A stretch of DNA of 64,000 nucleotides from Octopus sinensis (GCF_006345805.1 NC_043004.1:42656001-42720000), one strand, 5' to 3'; positions 1-13,610 are shown, numbered from the stretch's first letter. The notes: generated by a model from the sequence alone, not told the origin. Numbers and translations: made by a program.

Positions 1-479
1 GATCAAAATAATCCAAAATTCTAGCGGGGTTCATAACGCCTGCTCCTGTTTTTACCAAAATTGGTGTGCTTGTGCAAAGCAATGCAGAAACACTATATCT
101 GCAAATTCACTCTTCTAGTTGAAGTGGCTCCGGAGTTATGGGCTTTTAATACAATCATCTTTAACTGGCATTAAACTCAAACTTCAGTATTTCCGCTGCT
201 AAATCCTTGAAAACGCAAGAGAGATGTGGAATAAAAGTGTATTTATACATTTTTAAGATTACTTAACTGAAATTGCTCTATGCAAATGTTCAAAACTAGG
301 ATATTTTAAGACAGAGGCCACTACATATATTCGATAAGATACAAAATTGAAAACAATACATATTTTTAATTTTATAGGTTTAATCCCAATTTTAAATAAC
401 TGTACAAGAAAATAGGTGCGGGATATTATTAAAATTTTAAACATAACAAAGAAATGATGTTTTGTTAGATAAAATAAAT

Positions 480-1960
480 CGAAGCTGAAATTTCTCCTTT
501 TTACAAACGTCATAAAGATCTGGAAGGCACCTGACTGCCTGTGCTGCAATCTGATTTGTTCTTGGGAATTTTCAGTTCTGATGGTTTTCGACTCGAAAAG
601 TCTTTTACAGAGTTCAATGCTTTATTTTTATGAAGTTGCAGGCTACCACATAATTTCTGATAATCATGTGCATTGGACATTTGGCCAGTAAACCAAAACT
701 CTACCCAGCTGCAAAAGATGAATCAACACACATTGAGAAGCAGAACCCTGGTAAAAGAATAAATGCCAAAATAGTTAGTAATGTTCGAGAAAACCCTCTT
801 GCATTACTTAAGTCGGATATTTTTTGAAACTTTACAGTAGGAAATTTGCTGGTTTCTTCAAAGAAACGAAAAAAACCTGATCAGATGAAATAGAAATTTC
901 ATGTCATCGCACCATCCAGCTGATTCAGTAATCCTTTCTTCACTATTCTTGGAATTAGCCTGGAGTTTCTAGTAATTACTCAAATGCTCTGGAATGAATG
1001 TATATTCAATATTGGGAGATGACTTTTTCTTCTCCAATTTGGTTATCCATTACAAGACGAAGAACCCTATCAAGGATATGATGCTGACAAACACTAAATT
1101 GCGGTTCTTTGAAACACTTTTGAGTAAACAGTCTTTGCAACTGAATGATAATTTCATTTCTCTTCCCAGTGTTCACACTCATTGTATCAGCGACAATCAT
1201 CTTTACACAGTTCCATAAATTATATTCATCCAAAACAGCCCTTATTCCTTTCACAACCATATCGGATTTTCCGTTTGTTAATTGGACTGCTTCTAACTTA
1301 AATTATAACTGTTCATTCTTTTAAAGTAGCACTTGGTTTTCTCGGTCATCAATACGTTTCCCATCAATATACAATGACCAGTTTTGTAAATGTGTTTTCG
1401 TCATTTTCTGTTTTATTTTAACAGCTTCTTTGATAGTCGATATGCAAATACCAGATTTTGCTATGCTTCCTCCTTGTATATGTGGATTCTTTATCTGATT
1501 TTTCGAACTCTTGATATTCCCTTTCAGGCTCTGCTTTAGACGTTGACGACACTCGGGCTGAAGTTGGCAATAAGGACACTTTTCTTCTTTCGGATGGATG
1601 GATAGTTTTGGAACTGGCTGCATTTCCAGTTCCATACCCAATCTTTCAATTTGAAAATAATATACCTAACCTCACTGCCCAACAATTCACCGTGTTCCTT
1701 TGTGATGTCAAAAATTCCTTTCCATCAATCGTGTATTCCTCGTTTTACACATTTTCGTATGTATTCAGCACTTATACTTTTGCTTGTACATTTGGAATTG
1801 ATAAATATGGGAAATTTAATTCCTTTTTGCTATAAAAGAGTTACTTCTTTTGAAGTTTCTTTTGTTCTTTCTTTCGTTCCTTTTACGGTACCTACAAAGA
1901 ACAGGTAGCGACCGACAATTCTAAGTTCCGTTGGTATCATGAAGTTGATTTCCAAGGAAT
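480..1960 (-). pseudogene. Fragmented hAT-like DDE transposase
   Basis: Minus-strand pieces: LYIDGKR (first acidic residue), IVADTMSVNTG...CQHHILD (second D plus CxHH, as in the DTTxxNTG/CRHH type), GWCDDMKFL, SNAR, RTNQIAAQA. Many stops and frameshifts. Confidence 0.6.
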
Positions 1961-2214
1961 GCTCTTCAAGAGGAAAAGGTCTTCTTTTCTTGTGTGAGTC
2001 CTGATATTGCACGAGGTTCTTCGTCCAAATGTTTTTGTTACTTTGAGTGACACAAGCATTTGTCTTATGAGACATTATTTTAGAAACTCTACTTCGATAA
2101 GCCTACTATTCCGAAAAACAGTTGATAGAATCAGACTTTTTAGCGTCACAGAAAGAAAAAAAAAAGGAGAGGAAGAGGATATTTCCTAAAGTAGGGCCTA
2201 AATGGTAAGAAATT

Positions 2215-2353
2215 AAAAACTTTATAACTCTTAAAGTAAAGAGCTGAAATTTGAGATATACTGCTTCTGCATTGCATTAAGTCAGTACACCAAATTTGGT
2301 AAAAATGTGAGTAGGCATTATGAACCCCATTCGAATTTTGCATGATTTGGGTC
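2215..2353. repeat. Inverted repeat partner of window bases 1-148
   Basis: gagatatactgcttctgcattgc...caccaaatttggtaaaaa...ggcattatgaacccc...gaatttt aligns with the reverse complement of 1-148. Confidence 0.85.
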
Positions 2354-4744
2354 AAAAGTGGTGTTAGATTTCTTCAGTTTGGGTGACATACTTTTTTAAA
2401 AAATAAGATAAAGGTTATTTCCCTACTTATATGAAATTGTTCATCGACATTTCATATAGGCAATTGTTTTTCCAGAACATTCAAATAGTCATAACCCTAA
2501 TGTAGATTTTATGCTAGTATGTGTTCACATGCATCAAATAATTGCTTATAACTAAAACTAGTTCATTACGTAAAAATATTTAGCCACGTAATTGAATAAA
2601 AGTCTATAATATTTGCTTATGAATTTATATTAGTACAAAGGACATTTGAAGAATGACACTGTTCATACTGAGATATACAAATTCGTCCACGGGTTACTTT
2701 TGTTGTCTATAAACACTATTAACAGATTAAGTAGTATCGTACATTCCGCTAGAAATCTGACATATTTTGTGTCCAGCCAAATGCAGATCGAGATTTCAGA
2801 CATGATCAGAGACACACTACGTGCATCTTTGAAGAAATACCAAGCAGGTTAATATATGAATGTATTATGGAATTTCAGAATAAAACTAAATTAAGAATTA
2901 GGTTCTTCGTAAATTCTATGCTATATGTAGAGGCATATCGTGGGAGAATTAAATACAAACAAACACAACGGATCAGTAGGAAAACAGTTTAACCGTTCAG
3001 CTGACATTTACGAAGCAAACACTAATCGGATTAGCATACAGACAAAACTTCTTTGGCATCGACATCTTACAGTAAAATTTTGTTTTCAAATTTTATCAAC
3101 TGACATTTGTGGGTTTAAGCACTGTATACGCATTTCTGTGATAATAAAACCCAGTGTATAAATGATGGGAAACAGTTTATATATCTTATATCAACATTAA
3201 ATATCTTAATGTTGATATATCGCAAGAAACACATAGAATAACACAAATAGAAATTGCCTTCATAACACGAGTATTTATATAATTGCTTAATGACAACATA
3301 TATAACAGTCTCAACACTTGTACCTGATGTTTGTCCTTGTGAAATAGTTTAGAACCGTGTTTGTGAGTTAATAAATATTAGTTTCACTACGCACGAAGTA
3401 AATGTTTCAGGTTCGAAGAAATGAAACAGATGACCATTGCAAATGTTCAAACGACACAAAAGTATCAAATGGAATGAGAGACACTGGACGCAGTTTTGTC
3501 TCAAATAATCTAGCGTTTTTATTTAGAATGCCTGATATGCTGCAATGGCAATTATATAGACAGGTATTATTATTTGTTTAAATATATATGAATATCTATT
3601 GTGGGGGTATGTTTACATAAGTAGGTCAAAACACGATAACATACACCGTTTGAAGATTATCTAACAATAGCCGCTATTCAACTTAAGATTTTCTGTTCAT
3701 TAAATGAATTTAAACTAATAACGCATATGGCTAAAAACAACGCACAAGTTTTCTTTTGTAATACTTTACAATAGAACAACTACCGTCTACTTACTCACCA
3801 ATCTATCAAAGTAGCAGAGCACATTAGCTACAGCTTTATCAGCGATACGTACGTTCGTTACAGGTAGAATCGAAGCCACACTAATATGCTATTCGTGCTT
3901 CAAACTAAGAAGACAGCATCATTATTACACCTGCTTGAGTATAATACACCATTCTCAGTCACTTACCACAATCTAGTAGCTTCTTGATAAAAGTCAGGAG
4001 AAGAATGGCAAAGCCCGTTCGAAAGCTATTTGGACACAGATCAGTAATATTCAGAATTAGATTTTGTAAACCTTATACACAGAAGTGCTACTATTTACGA
4101 CGAATTTATCATCGTTTCTTTTTATAGTTAAAAATCATTCCACAATATAAGCAGTAAAGCATCAAGAAAATTTATTCCATGCTTTCATAAATATCTTGGT
4201 GTCTCTCACCTCAAGCGTTTTATCAATACGGTACGTGCACTTTACTTGAAACGCGATAGAATATAATGTAAGAACGAGAGAATTTTCTGAATAGATTTGG
4301 CCAAATTGTTAATCTAATATAGCAATCTACTTTGCTTTTGTAATTGGATATGTGTTGCGTTAGCCCGCAAAGCTACGCTGACATTCATTCTCAGGACGAA
4401 AACAAAGAAATAAATATATAAAAGTGAACAACAAAAACAAACATAGAAAAAAGGAAAGAATAAAAAAAATAGCATTGTCGTACATGTTTAGAGAGTGGAA
4501 CACATTAATAAATTTATATTTCAGAATCTCACTCTAGAGATAATGCATCCGCTGATATACTTCTCCCTCTTGCCTCATAAAATTTACCTACCGACAATGA
4601 CAAATTATTTCTATTTGATATTTCAGAGAGATGAGCTCACACTATATATACACAAGCACTCTCGTACATCCTCATGTATACATACACCTGTGCGCTGATA
4701 CACACATATATAAATATATAACAAGACTAGCACATTCATAGATT

Positions 4745-4925
4745 AGTGTGTCTGTGTGTTTGTGTGTGTATGTTTGTGTGTGTGCGTGTATGTGTGTATG
4801 TATATATATATGTATATATATATATGTATACATACATATATACATATGTATGCATGTCTGTGTGTATTAGCCTATGTATGTATTTACATGTTTATGTGGG
4901 TATATTTGCTTGTATGTATGTTTCT
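4745..4925. repeat. Compound (TG)/(TA)/(TATG) microsatellite
   Basis: Visible dinucleotide runs. Confidence 0.9.
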
Positions 4926-6398
4926 GTAATATAACATTTTTATCACTGTCCAATTTATCCACCGAGGATATGATATAATGCTCTCCAGAGATATCGTCTA
5001 TGCATACTCTTCTCAGTTTAGATGCAAGAGATACCATGTCACGGAATTTATTTAACGTTTGGGGATTTTCAAATGAGATTAAAACACGTATGTGTCGAGT
5101 ATTGGGAAATATACCAGGGACTTCGTATAATTGAATCTTTTCCGAAGAACAAAGATTAAATCGTTCGAACTTTTCCTAGATATATTTGTTACTTAAAGTG
5201 AATAAAGAAGTATGTATTACTTAATATAACCTCGGATATATATGTGTGAAGGATTTACACATACGTTCATATAAATGCATCCAGTTGTATATGCACCTGT
5301 TTGAAAGCATATATGTATGTCGTGTATGTGTGCGCGTACGTCTATGCATGTGTGCAGTCTTTTTTCCTGAGACCTAGGGATTTGAGAAAGGTGGAAGCAA
5401 ATCTTAGCCAGTGGTGTTCCCAGTTTTACTGTGACCCGGAATAGCAGCATCTGCCAGGTTTCCAGCAATTGTTTAATTATCCCGACACAGTATTACATTA
5501 GTCTCCTATATTAATTCATGGCGGAGGTGGCTATTTAACTCTTTAGTTGTCTTACCTAAGAAAATGTAAATCTATTCAAATCTTGCTTCCTGATAATTAT
5601 TGGCCACTTGGCACTTGTTACACCAGGCTAATACAAGTTTCTGGGACGTGAGAGTGGAACTGGGTCAGAAAAAACTAGTCCTACTATAATAGTTAGTATT
5701 CATCATCTTTCTTCAAGGCCCAACACTTTACCTCATCGTGGTGGAAAGGTTAAATGAGTGAGTATCAGTGCTACGCCGTCGTGGACTTCGAGTGCATGGC
5801 AGGACCACCGAAGGCGGACAGGTCTGACACCGGTGGTGCTAGGGCTGCAGCCAGGCTAACTGGAAAGCGATAGTGAATTTTAGGCGGCATCTATTCCGGA
5901 AAACGGCATCTTCCTGGTGGTGTTGAATAGCGTCTGCGGGCACCCGGTGGCAAGAAGGCGTAACACGAGGACGACCTGTCATCGGTCGTGTATACCGGCT
6001 TACGAATAGAGACTTGAACTATTTTAGTAGAATCTGATCATCATTGAAAACTCCTATGAACTCCCAACGACGCGGTGAACTCAATAGGAGCCGGCTTAAA
6101 CCCTCCCGGATGAATGCTCTTACACGACAACAAAGTAATATTCAACATGCAGGCTCTGCAGCAAGTCAAAATGAAAGTACCAACACCATCACACATTCAT
6201 TATAAAACTGTAAAGTTTTGAATTGCTGAACCCCAATTCGTCGATGTGACGTGAGAGGTTTCACCATAGGTGCTTAATCACTCTCTCTCTCTCTCTTTCT
6301 CTCTGTCGGTTACTCCTCCATCTCTCTCTCTCTCTCTCTCGTCCTCTCTCTCTATATATGTATATGTGCGTGTGAGTATGTATGTATATATATATATA

Positions 6399-6617
6399 TA
6401 CTTTATTTAAAGCATCAGAAAATTCAACAAAACCTGTTACTCTGAGTTTCCCGTTCATCGGAGAGTGTTTGCTAACTGTCCGATGAACGGCAACGGGAAA
6501 CTCAGAGTAACAGGTTTGTTGAATCTTCTGCTGATTTAAATGAAGCATATTACTCTACCACTGGTATTTGAGTACTCTTCTTTCAACCTTGTTTCACATT
6601 TATGTGTTTACTCCGGT
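6399..6617 (+). mobile_element. Foldback (inverted repeat plus tail) non-autonomous element, probably Penelope-like pLTR-derived
   Basis: Arms about 6399-6462 and 6478-6547 are reverse complements. A 70-nt single-copy tail ends actccggta and runs into (TA)n. Confidence 0.75.
6476..6513 (+). ncRNA. Degenerate minimal type I hammerhead-like motif
   Basis: CTGT / CCGATGA / ACG-GCAA-CGG / GAA / ACTC-A-GAGT / A / ACAG. Deviations: U4C and an A.G mismatch at 10.1-11.1. Confidence 0.55.
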
Positions 6618-6676
6618 ATATATATATACGTACATACAAACACATACATGCACACACGCCACACCACACACACACA

Positions 6677-6753
<77 letters not shown>

Positions 6754-7000
6754 CTAATCCTATGGCGGGGGTTACGTTCAAAAACCAAACGCGATACATG
6801 AAAATTGGCGAAGAAACACCACTATCTATCTATATCTATCTATCTATCTATGTATCACTCTATCTACGTATGTATCTATCTATCTATTTATTTATATATC
6901 TATCTATATACATATATATATATGTGTGTATTTATGTATGTATATATGTATATATACATATATGTGTATATATGTGTGTGTGTATGTATGTATATGTAAT
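6618..7000. repeat. Compound (TA)/(CA)/(TATC) microsatellite
   Basis: Visible simple repeats; they explain the low-complexity ORFs here. Confidence 0.9.
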
Positions 7001-7152
7001 AACAACAATAGCATGAACCTCTCCTATTGGATTCATTAAAATCTAGACGCATAGAATGGAAACAATTAGGCTATCAAATTAAAATAGTATATGTGTGTAC
7101 GCATGTGTGAACGTGTGTCTGTTTCTCCATGAGCGTATGTGTAATATATATG

Positions 7153-7183
<31 letters not shown>

Positions 7184-9030
7184 TATATTTGTATGTATAT
7201 ATATATATATATACATACATGTTTGTGCCTATGTGCGTGTATGCATACATTTATGCATATAATTATGTTCAGTGCTTTACCTTTTATCAGTACTAATCAC
7301 GAATCACGAATTCGTATTCAAATTAAGTTTAGACAGGCGTAGTAAAACTCTACTTGAGAAGGCGGAGACTCGGAACAATTTCAACGTTCATCAAATTATT
7401 TCAAACAATAAGTGTATTACTTGTCCTTTGTTCTGCGTCAAGGAGCAATTACGATGAACTCTGTGAATGGAAAGACTGGGAAAGATACAATGCTGCTTTT
7501 ATTGCGGTTTCATTTGCTCCAGATATTCCTAATAACGCTTTTAATACGAACACAATCGATCATTTTCTCAAGTTTAAATTTCTAGATATCAGCTGATAAT
7601 GGTCTGTATTCTTAAAATAGCATAATATCTTCGTTTTGGACTAATGATACACATAATTGAACACTGAAATCTATTAAGCTTCGATTATTCAGTCAACCAT
7701 TAGGATTTACTAAAGTTACGAAAATAACACTTATTATTCCTTGGATAATTACTTATGCCATTGTGTGATCCTACAAATTAGAAGGATACAGCAGGAGTAG
7801 GATATATTCAATGATGTTGCCATCGAAATTTAGCCGCTGACAAGACACCCACTTCTATTTTGCTTATACCTTGCAACAGATGTATCACTTCAAAAATTCT
7901 AAATTATCAATAAATTATGATGTGATAAATAATTAAGAAATTGTCAAAATCTCAATCAAGAGTTGCAGATGCTAAATAGCAATTATTAATCTGAAAGCGT
8001 TTCCGTTTTAGTGATCCTTACCACAAGCATTCCTGCATAACTTACACTAATTAAGTATATCTTGCATTAACTTTCTTCTCAAACATGGACTGGTTTTGCA
8101 TAATATTGTAACAAATATTTTTAAGACAAAGACGTTTATAATGCACATCTGACCAGCTGCAGCTCAAATTTTTTTTTTTAGTGCTCACCAGAGATAAAAG
8201 CTACATGCATATACACGAAATTAACTTACACTTTTGTGAACGGCAGTGATTAAGCACTAGAAATATACTTAGCGGCATTTAATTGCTATATTGTTATATA
8301 TGTTGTTTTAAGTATCCACGTTATCAATATCTGTACTAAGTATCCGAAGAATACGATGCATACTACTGATAGACAGGCAACGTTGAGTTCCTGCGACAAC
8401 GACTACAACTAGAGCCATATGAACAGTGACGATTTCATGAAACTGGCGAATATCAAAATAGTAACTAACAAAGATTTCCACATTTTCATATATAACAGCT
8501 TTCCTCTTTTACGGTAGAATCATTTTTGCATTCTTCCAATCTTATAGCAGTGATGAGGCATATCCCTCTTTTCGATTCTATGCTGTCCATTGATCCGACC
8601 TTACATTCCGACATTGGTTAATAAGTTAGGATGGAAAGCAATACGCTTTAGGTGTTTTCTTGCATTTATCCTATTCTTTAGTGCTTGTATTTCATTTGAA
8701 GTTACGATAAACCCGAAAGAAGTTGAGTTCTATAGACGCACGAGAAAACATATATCTTGTTGAAGGTTATAGATTTAAAAGTATTCGGATATTTTGCGTA
8801 TCTCGGGAGCTCTGTTTCCAGGAATACATCCCTATATACTGTAATAAACCAGAGGATATAGGTCTCAAATTATTTGGAACATTGGAGAAACAATTCTGGT
8901 ATGGCATTATAGAGAGGATTGACATTCAGTCTTAATGTTATTGAAAACAAGTTAAGGACTAAAATAATCAGTTTAACTACTAGGTTTTACATAGCCTACG
9001 GATAGAAAGAAATGAAATAGATTATAATTT

Positions 9031-9712
9031 ACCTTCGTGGCAAATACTAGGCTAAACTAAATGCAAAAGAAATAGACAGAGAAAAATTCCCAGCAATGTT
9101 TGAGAAGCTCAAGATTCAAAGCAGAGACTAAAGGAGTTTCAATTGCAGCACAAGACGAAAGCCTCCCCACCCGAAATTACCAAAAACACATAAGGAAAAG
9201 AAACATAACAAGTAACTACAGAATATGTGGCGATGAAAAAGAAACGATAAATCATATTATCTCTGGCTGCTCCGTCCTGGCTAAGAAGGAATATATTCAT
9301 AGACACGACGGAGTTGGGACTTACATACACTGGAAGCTATGCCAACACTACTGAATACCAACAGCATAAAGATGGTAAAAGCACATGCCAGGAAAGTTCA
9401 CAGAAAACGAGAAAGCAACCATACTCTGGGATATGCCAATACACACAGAGAAATTAAGGCCAATAGGCCAGATATAGTTGTTAGAGACCATGCAGAAAAA
9501 ATGCTTTCTAATCGATGCATCAATACCAGCAGATGACAACGTTTCTCTAAAAGAAACGGAGAAACTTTCAAAATACAAAAACCTGGAAGTAGAGGTAACT
9601 TGAATGAGGAATCTAAAAACAGAATCAATACCTATCATAGTAGGCGCAGTAGATATGATAAAAAATACTCAGACAAATACATAACAAAATCATCAGAAGT
9701 TACAAATATATA
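9031..9712 (+). mobile_element. R4/Dong-like RLE LINE fragment (same subfamily as 43098-44983)
   Basis: CRICG-like..ETINHIISGCSVLAKKEYIHRHD (CCHC region) and NRPDIVV (RLE). Nucleotide similarity to about 44150-44820. Confidence 0.85.
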
Positions 9713-10126
9713 CATACAAACAATATACATAAAATATATACATATATACACATAGATAATCAGCGATTAAGAAAGCGAGAGAGATATAGTTAGATAAATA
9801 GATAGAGAGATGGATTTGGAGGAGGGAGAGAAGGGAAAAGACAGGGGGAGAGAGCGGGATCAAAACAAATATTAACACCATTTTACTAATATTGTTTACT
9901 TCAATATACGCTACATTAAAGTTTAAAGTGAATAGGTTTTATAACTCGAAGTTTACGTCTGTACTGACATTAGATTCGACAGGATATTGTAATACAGCAA
10001 TCGTCTATGCCCACAAACTTATGAATATCCAATAGAGTTATTTTGTAATTGAGATATCGGTTCTGAGATTTTATAAAGAAATTATTTCCAAAGTTTGCAA
10101 TATATTGATCAATGTTATATTCAGAA

Positions 10127-10212
10127 ACATATACGCACACACACGTGCATAATGCATGTATACATATGTATATATGTACATACATACACACACACACTCA
10201 CACACACACACA

Positions 10213-10250
<38 letters not shown>

Positions 10251-10294
10251 ACACACACACACACACCACACACATATATATATATATGTATGTA

Positions 10295-10351
<57 letters not shown>

Positions 10352-10352
10352 G
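10127..10352. repeat. (CA)n-(TA)n compound microsatellite
   Basis: Visible runs. Confidence 0.95.
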
Positions 10353-11185
10353 CACCTTAACATAGATTTGATAATTGTGTTTGATGAAGTGATGAAATCG
10401 TCTCCTGTTGTTTGCAAAAAAGCAAAAAAAATGTTTGGGCGTTTTAATAAGATCACCTCTATTGAAATTCACATTTAGTTCAGGAAAATATTGATTTTGA
10501 AGGCGAAGGAGATATTACCTGTTTGTTGAACATATCTTTCCTTATAATATGCTTAAACCCAACGGGTTATGAAAAGTCGGAGAAAGCGCTCTCACTTGAA
10601 AAAAAAATCTAGTTATAATTGAATATCGAGAGACAGTATCTCAAAGCAGTTATTTATATTATAGAATGATGCACCTTTGGGAACAATGGAGAGCGATAAG
10701 AAATGAGAATTGAAAGATGATTTTAAATTCAATTTTGCAGATTATTCTTGTTTATTGCTATATGATATTAGATGAAGGAAGTAAAATAATGGTGATATTA
10801 AGTGTATGATTTTGTTTTCATATATCAGCAGGTCACTAAAGAAACATTGCTTTCTGTTGACGGATAGGAAATGGAAAGTCAGTTATTATACGATCAATAT
10901 GTATAAGTTATTTGCATCCACATTCCGGAGAGAAAACGTTTTTATTATAGCAGGGCTCGTCATGTCCTCAGTCCTTGAAGAAGTATGGTAAACTATTAAA
11001 CTGATAAGACACAAAGTTTGCGTTTCCAAGGATAATGAGGTAGAAATGGACTGACTAAAATGTTTTTTTCCCTTCTTTATCACTGGAAATATTACAAAAT
11101 GAATAGAGATTTCAGCATGTCCTGAAATATGTATTAATCTATTAATTTAAGATATACAGTTATTTTTCATATAATATTTATGATG

Positions 11186-11280
<95 letters not shown>

Positions 11281-11289
11281 TTATCTATC

Positions 11290-11329
<40 letters not shown>
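11186..11329. repeat. (TATC)n followed by (TA)n
   Basis: Visible runs. Confidence 0.95.
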
Positions 11330-11331
<2 letters not shown>

Positions 11332-11967
11332 AATAAAATTTATATATAAAGAAACAAGAACGTGAAATACACAAAGGGACGAACACAGAAAACAGACGGG
11401 TCATTCGAAGCCTTTAATCTTCAGTCAGAAATCGGATCATCATAGCAAATTTCGGCTGATTAATTCTGATATTTGCTCCAACGCGGCCAGACCCAAGGAA
11501 CTAAGCTGTGAGCATTAGATTTCTTGGAAAAAGGAACGAATGTAAACGCAACAGGGACGAATATAAATACAAAAAACGAAAACAAAAATAAAAACAAGAA
11601 TGGTTAATAACAGGATAACAGCAGGTGTCTTACGACTTTAGACAAAATGAGACAAATATAACTTATCTAGCAGGCGTGTTTGGAAACAATTGCCTTTTCG
11701 GCAGAGGGGGAACGATGTGGAGCGGGCCGCGGTCACCAACGAAATGGCTTGTTAAGCAGCAGGTCACAAGAGGGTAGAGAGAGAGAACGAGAGACAGAGA
11801 GAGAAGGAATTAAAGATGGTGGAAGACAGAGGGCGCCGAGTATTGACCAGATCACGTGAGAATAAGAGAGAGAGAGAAAGAAGGAATTAAGGAGGAATTA
11901 AAGAGGATGGAAGGAAGAGGGGAAAGAGACAGAGGGCGCCAAAATAGTTTATCAAAGAAGCAATGGC
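11330..11967 (-). mobile_element. Non-coding interspersed element embedded in TA/CA microsatellite, possibly PLE-derived
   Basis: Sharp boundaries against microsatellites and an internal AG-rich duplication ending acagagggcgcc. Its + strand end (atggcg, then microsatellite) resembles 57110-57115. Confidence 0.4.
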
Positions 11968-12116
11968 GCATACATATATATATACATATATATATATATA
12001 TACATACATATATGCGTGTATGTGTATGCGTATTTACACACTCATCTGCACAAATATATATAATATATATAATACATGTCAGATATATATGTTGATATAG
12101 CTATATATGTGTATGA

Positions 12117-12172
<56 letters not shown>

Positions 12173-12181
12173 ATATATTTA

Positions 12182-13419
12182 CAGGGTTTGGACAGAATAA
12201 TGAAAACACCTAGCATCATAGCATCATAATTTTTGTAATATCCATAATCCGTCAAAAGCTTGTTTGTTTTTATGTCTTTTGGTTTATTATTAGTGTTGTT
12301 TAACGTTTTGCTAAAATTGCTGTTTCTTTTCAGATATAATCAGGAACAGGTAATTAAAAGTCATTAAAATGCCAGATCTATTGGACTTTCAAAGAGGTCA
12401 AATTGGCGCAAGCGTAACAAAAATAGCCGAAATGTTCGGTGTATCAAGAAGTACTGTCTCCAAAGTAATGTCAGCCTTTGACAAAGAGGGAAAAACCTCC
12501 TCGTCGAAACAATACTCCGGAAGAAAACCAAAACTTACAGATAGAGACCGCCGGACTCTTACGTGAATTGCAAGAAAGGATCACAAAAGTACAGCTCCAA
12601 AAATTGCTGCAGAGCTTAATGACCACTTCGAGAACCCAGTTTCCAAACAAATTGTTCGCCGGGAGCTACACAATGCCGGATTTCACGCGAAAGCTCTAAT
12701 CAGAAAATAAATACTATCAAAAACAAAGGCTGGATAGCGTTTAGAGTGGAGTAAAAATCGACAGAATTGTTACTTAGAGCAGGGGACAAATGTTATTTTC
12801 TCGGACGAGTCATCCGTGATCTTATTGCCGACCACCGTCCGAGTATACTTGTAGAGACAGCCAAAAGAAGCATTTGACCCAGACTGCAATCTTCCAACTG
12901 TTTAACATGGAGGAAGATCTGTGCTGATCTGGTAGGATACATCTTGGAAATTTGCCGGCTCAAAGGTTTCCCTTCATAGCAGAATTAATAATGAAGATTA
13001 TTTAAGCAGTTTATTTGATCAAATTCATCGTATGTTTGCAAACTGTTTCCGGAGGGGAAACATCTTTCAGGATGATAATTCACCAATTCACACATCTAAA
13101 GTTGTTCCTGAATGGCACGAGGAACAGTCTAGTGAATAGGAAACTATTTCCTAGCCACCACAGTCCCCAGATCTCAATATTATTGAAAATTTATGGTGCA
13201 TTTTAGAAAAGCACGTAAGTAGTCGATATCTTGCACCATCATCACCACAAGACCTAGAGACTATTTTAACTGAAGAATGGACAAAAATTCCTTAGGAAAC
13301 TCAATTTTTTGTACGAGTACATAGCTCGTAGAATTCAAGCTGTAATTCCTGCCAAAGGCGGTCCTACCCCATATTTGTTTGAAATTTTAATGTGTCTCCA
13401 TTATTTTGTCGAAACACTG
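12182..13419 (+). mobile_element. Full-length Tc1-family element, DD36E (Incomer-like)
   Basis: 28-bp TIRs (cagggtttggacagaataatgaaaacac / gtgtctccattattttgtcgaaacactg), a TA at the left end, and TA-rich flanks. Confidence 0.9.
12369..13375 (+). pseudogene. Inactivated Tc1 transposase (DD36E)
   Basis: MPDLLDFQRGQI...GRKPKL, FSDESS, FQDDNSPIH, SPDLNIIE, with 36 residues between D (13074) and E (13185). Several in-frame stops. Confidence 0.9.

Positions 13420-13610
<191 letters not shown>

Larger units (their letters stand above)
1..2499 (-). mobile_element. Decayed hAT-like (possibly hATm-type) DNA transposon; left end lies outside the window
   Basis: Long imperfect inverted repeat (1-148 vs about 2215-2353) brackets transposase remnants. 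The right boundary at 2499 (minus-strand TAGGGT) is tentative. Confidence 0.55.

Noticed and set aside
7354-7596. 80-aa ORF with a hydrophobic stretch resembling a signal peptide
   Set aside because: No ATG start or recognisable domain; insufficient support.
8230-8256. Minus-strand 27-nt micro-exon (CLITAVHKS) with AG/GTAAGT borders, plus a similar one near 8030
   Set aside because: Short splice-like matches are expected by chance in AT-rich DNA, and no coherent gene model could be built.
11390-11430. Hammerhead call at the minus-strand CTGAAGA
   Set aside because: Stem II is poorly paired and GAAT replaces GAAA; kept only as a weak finding.
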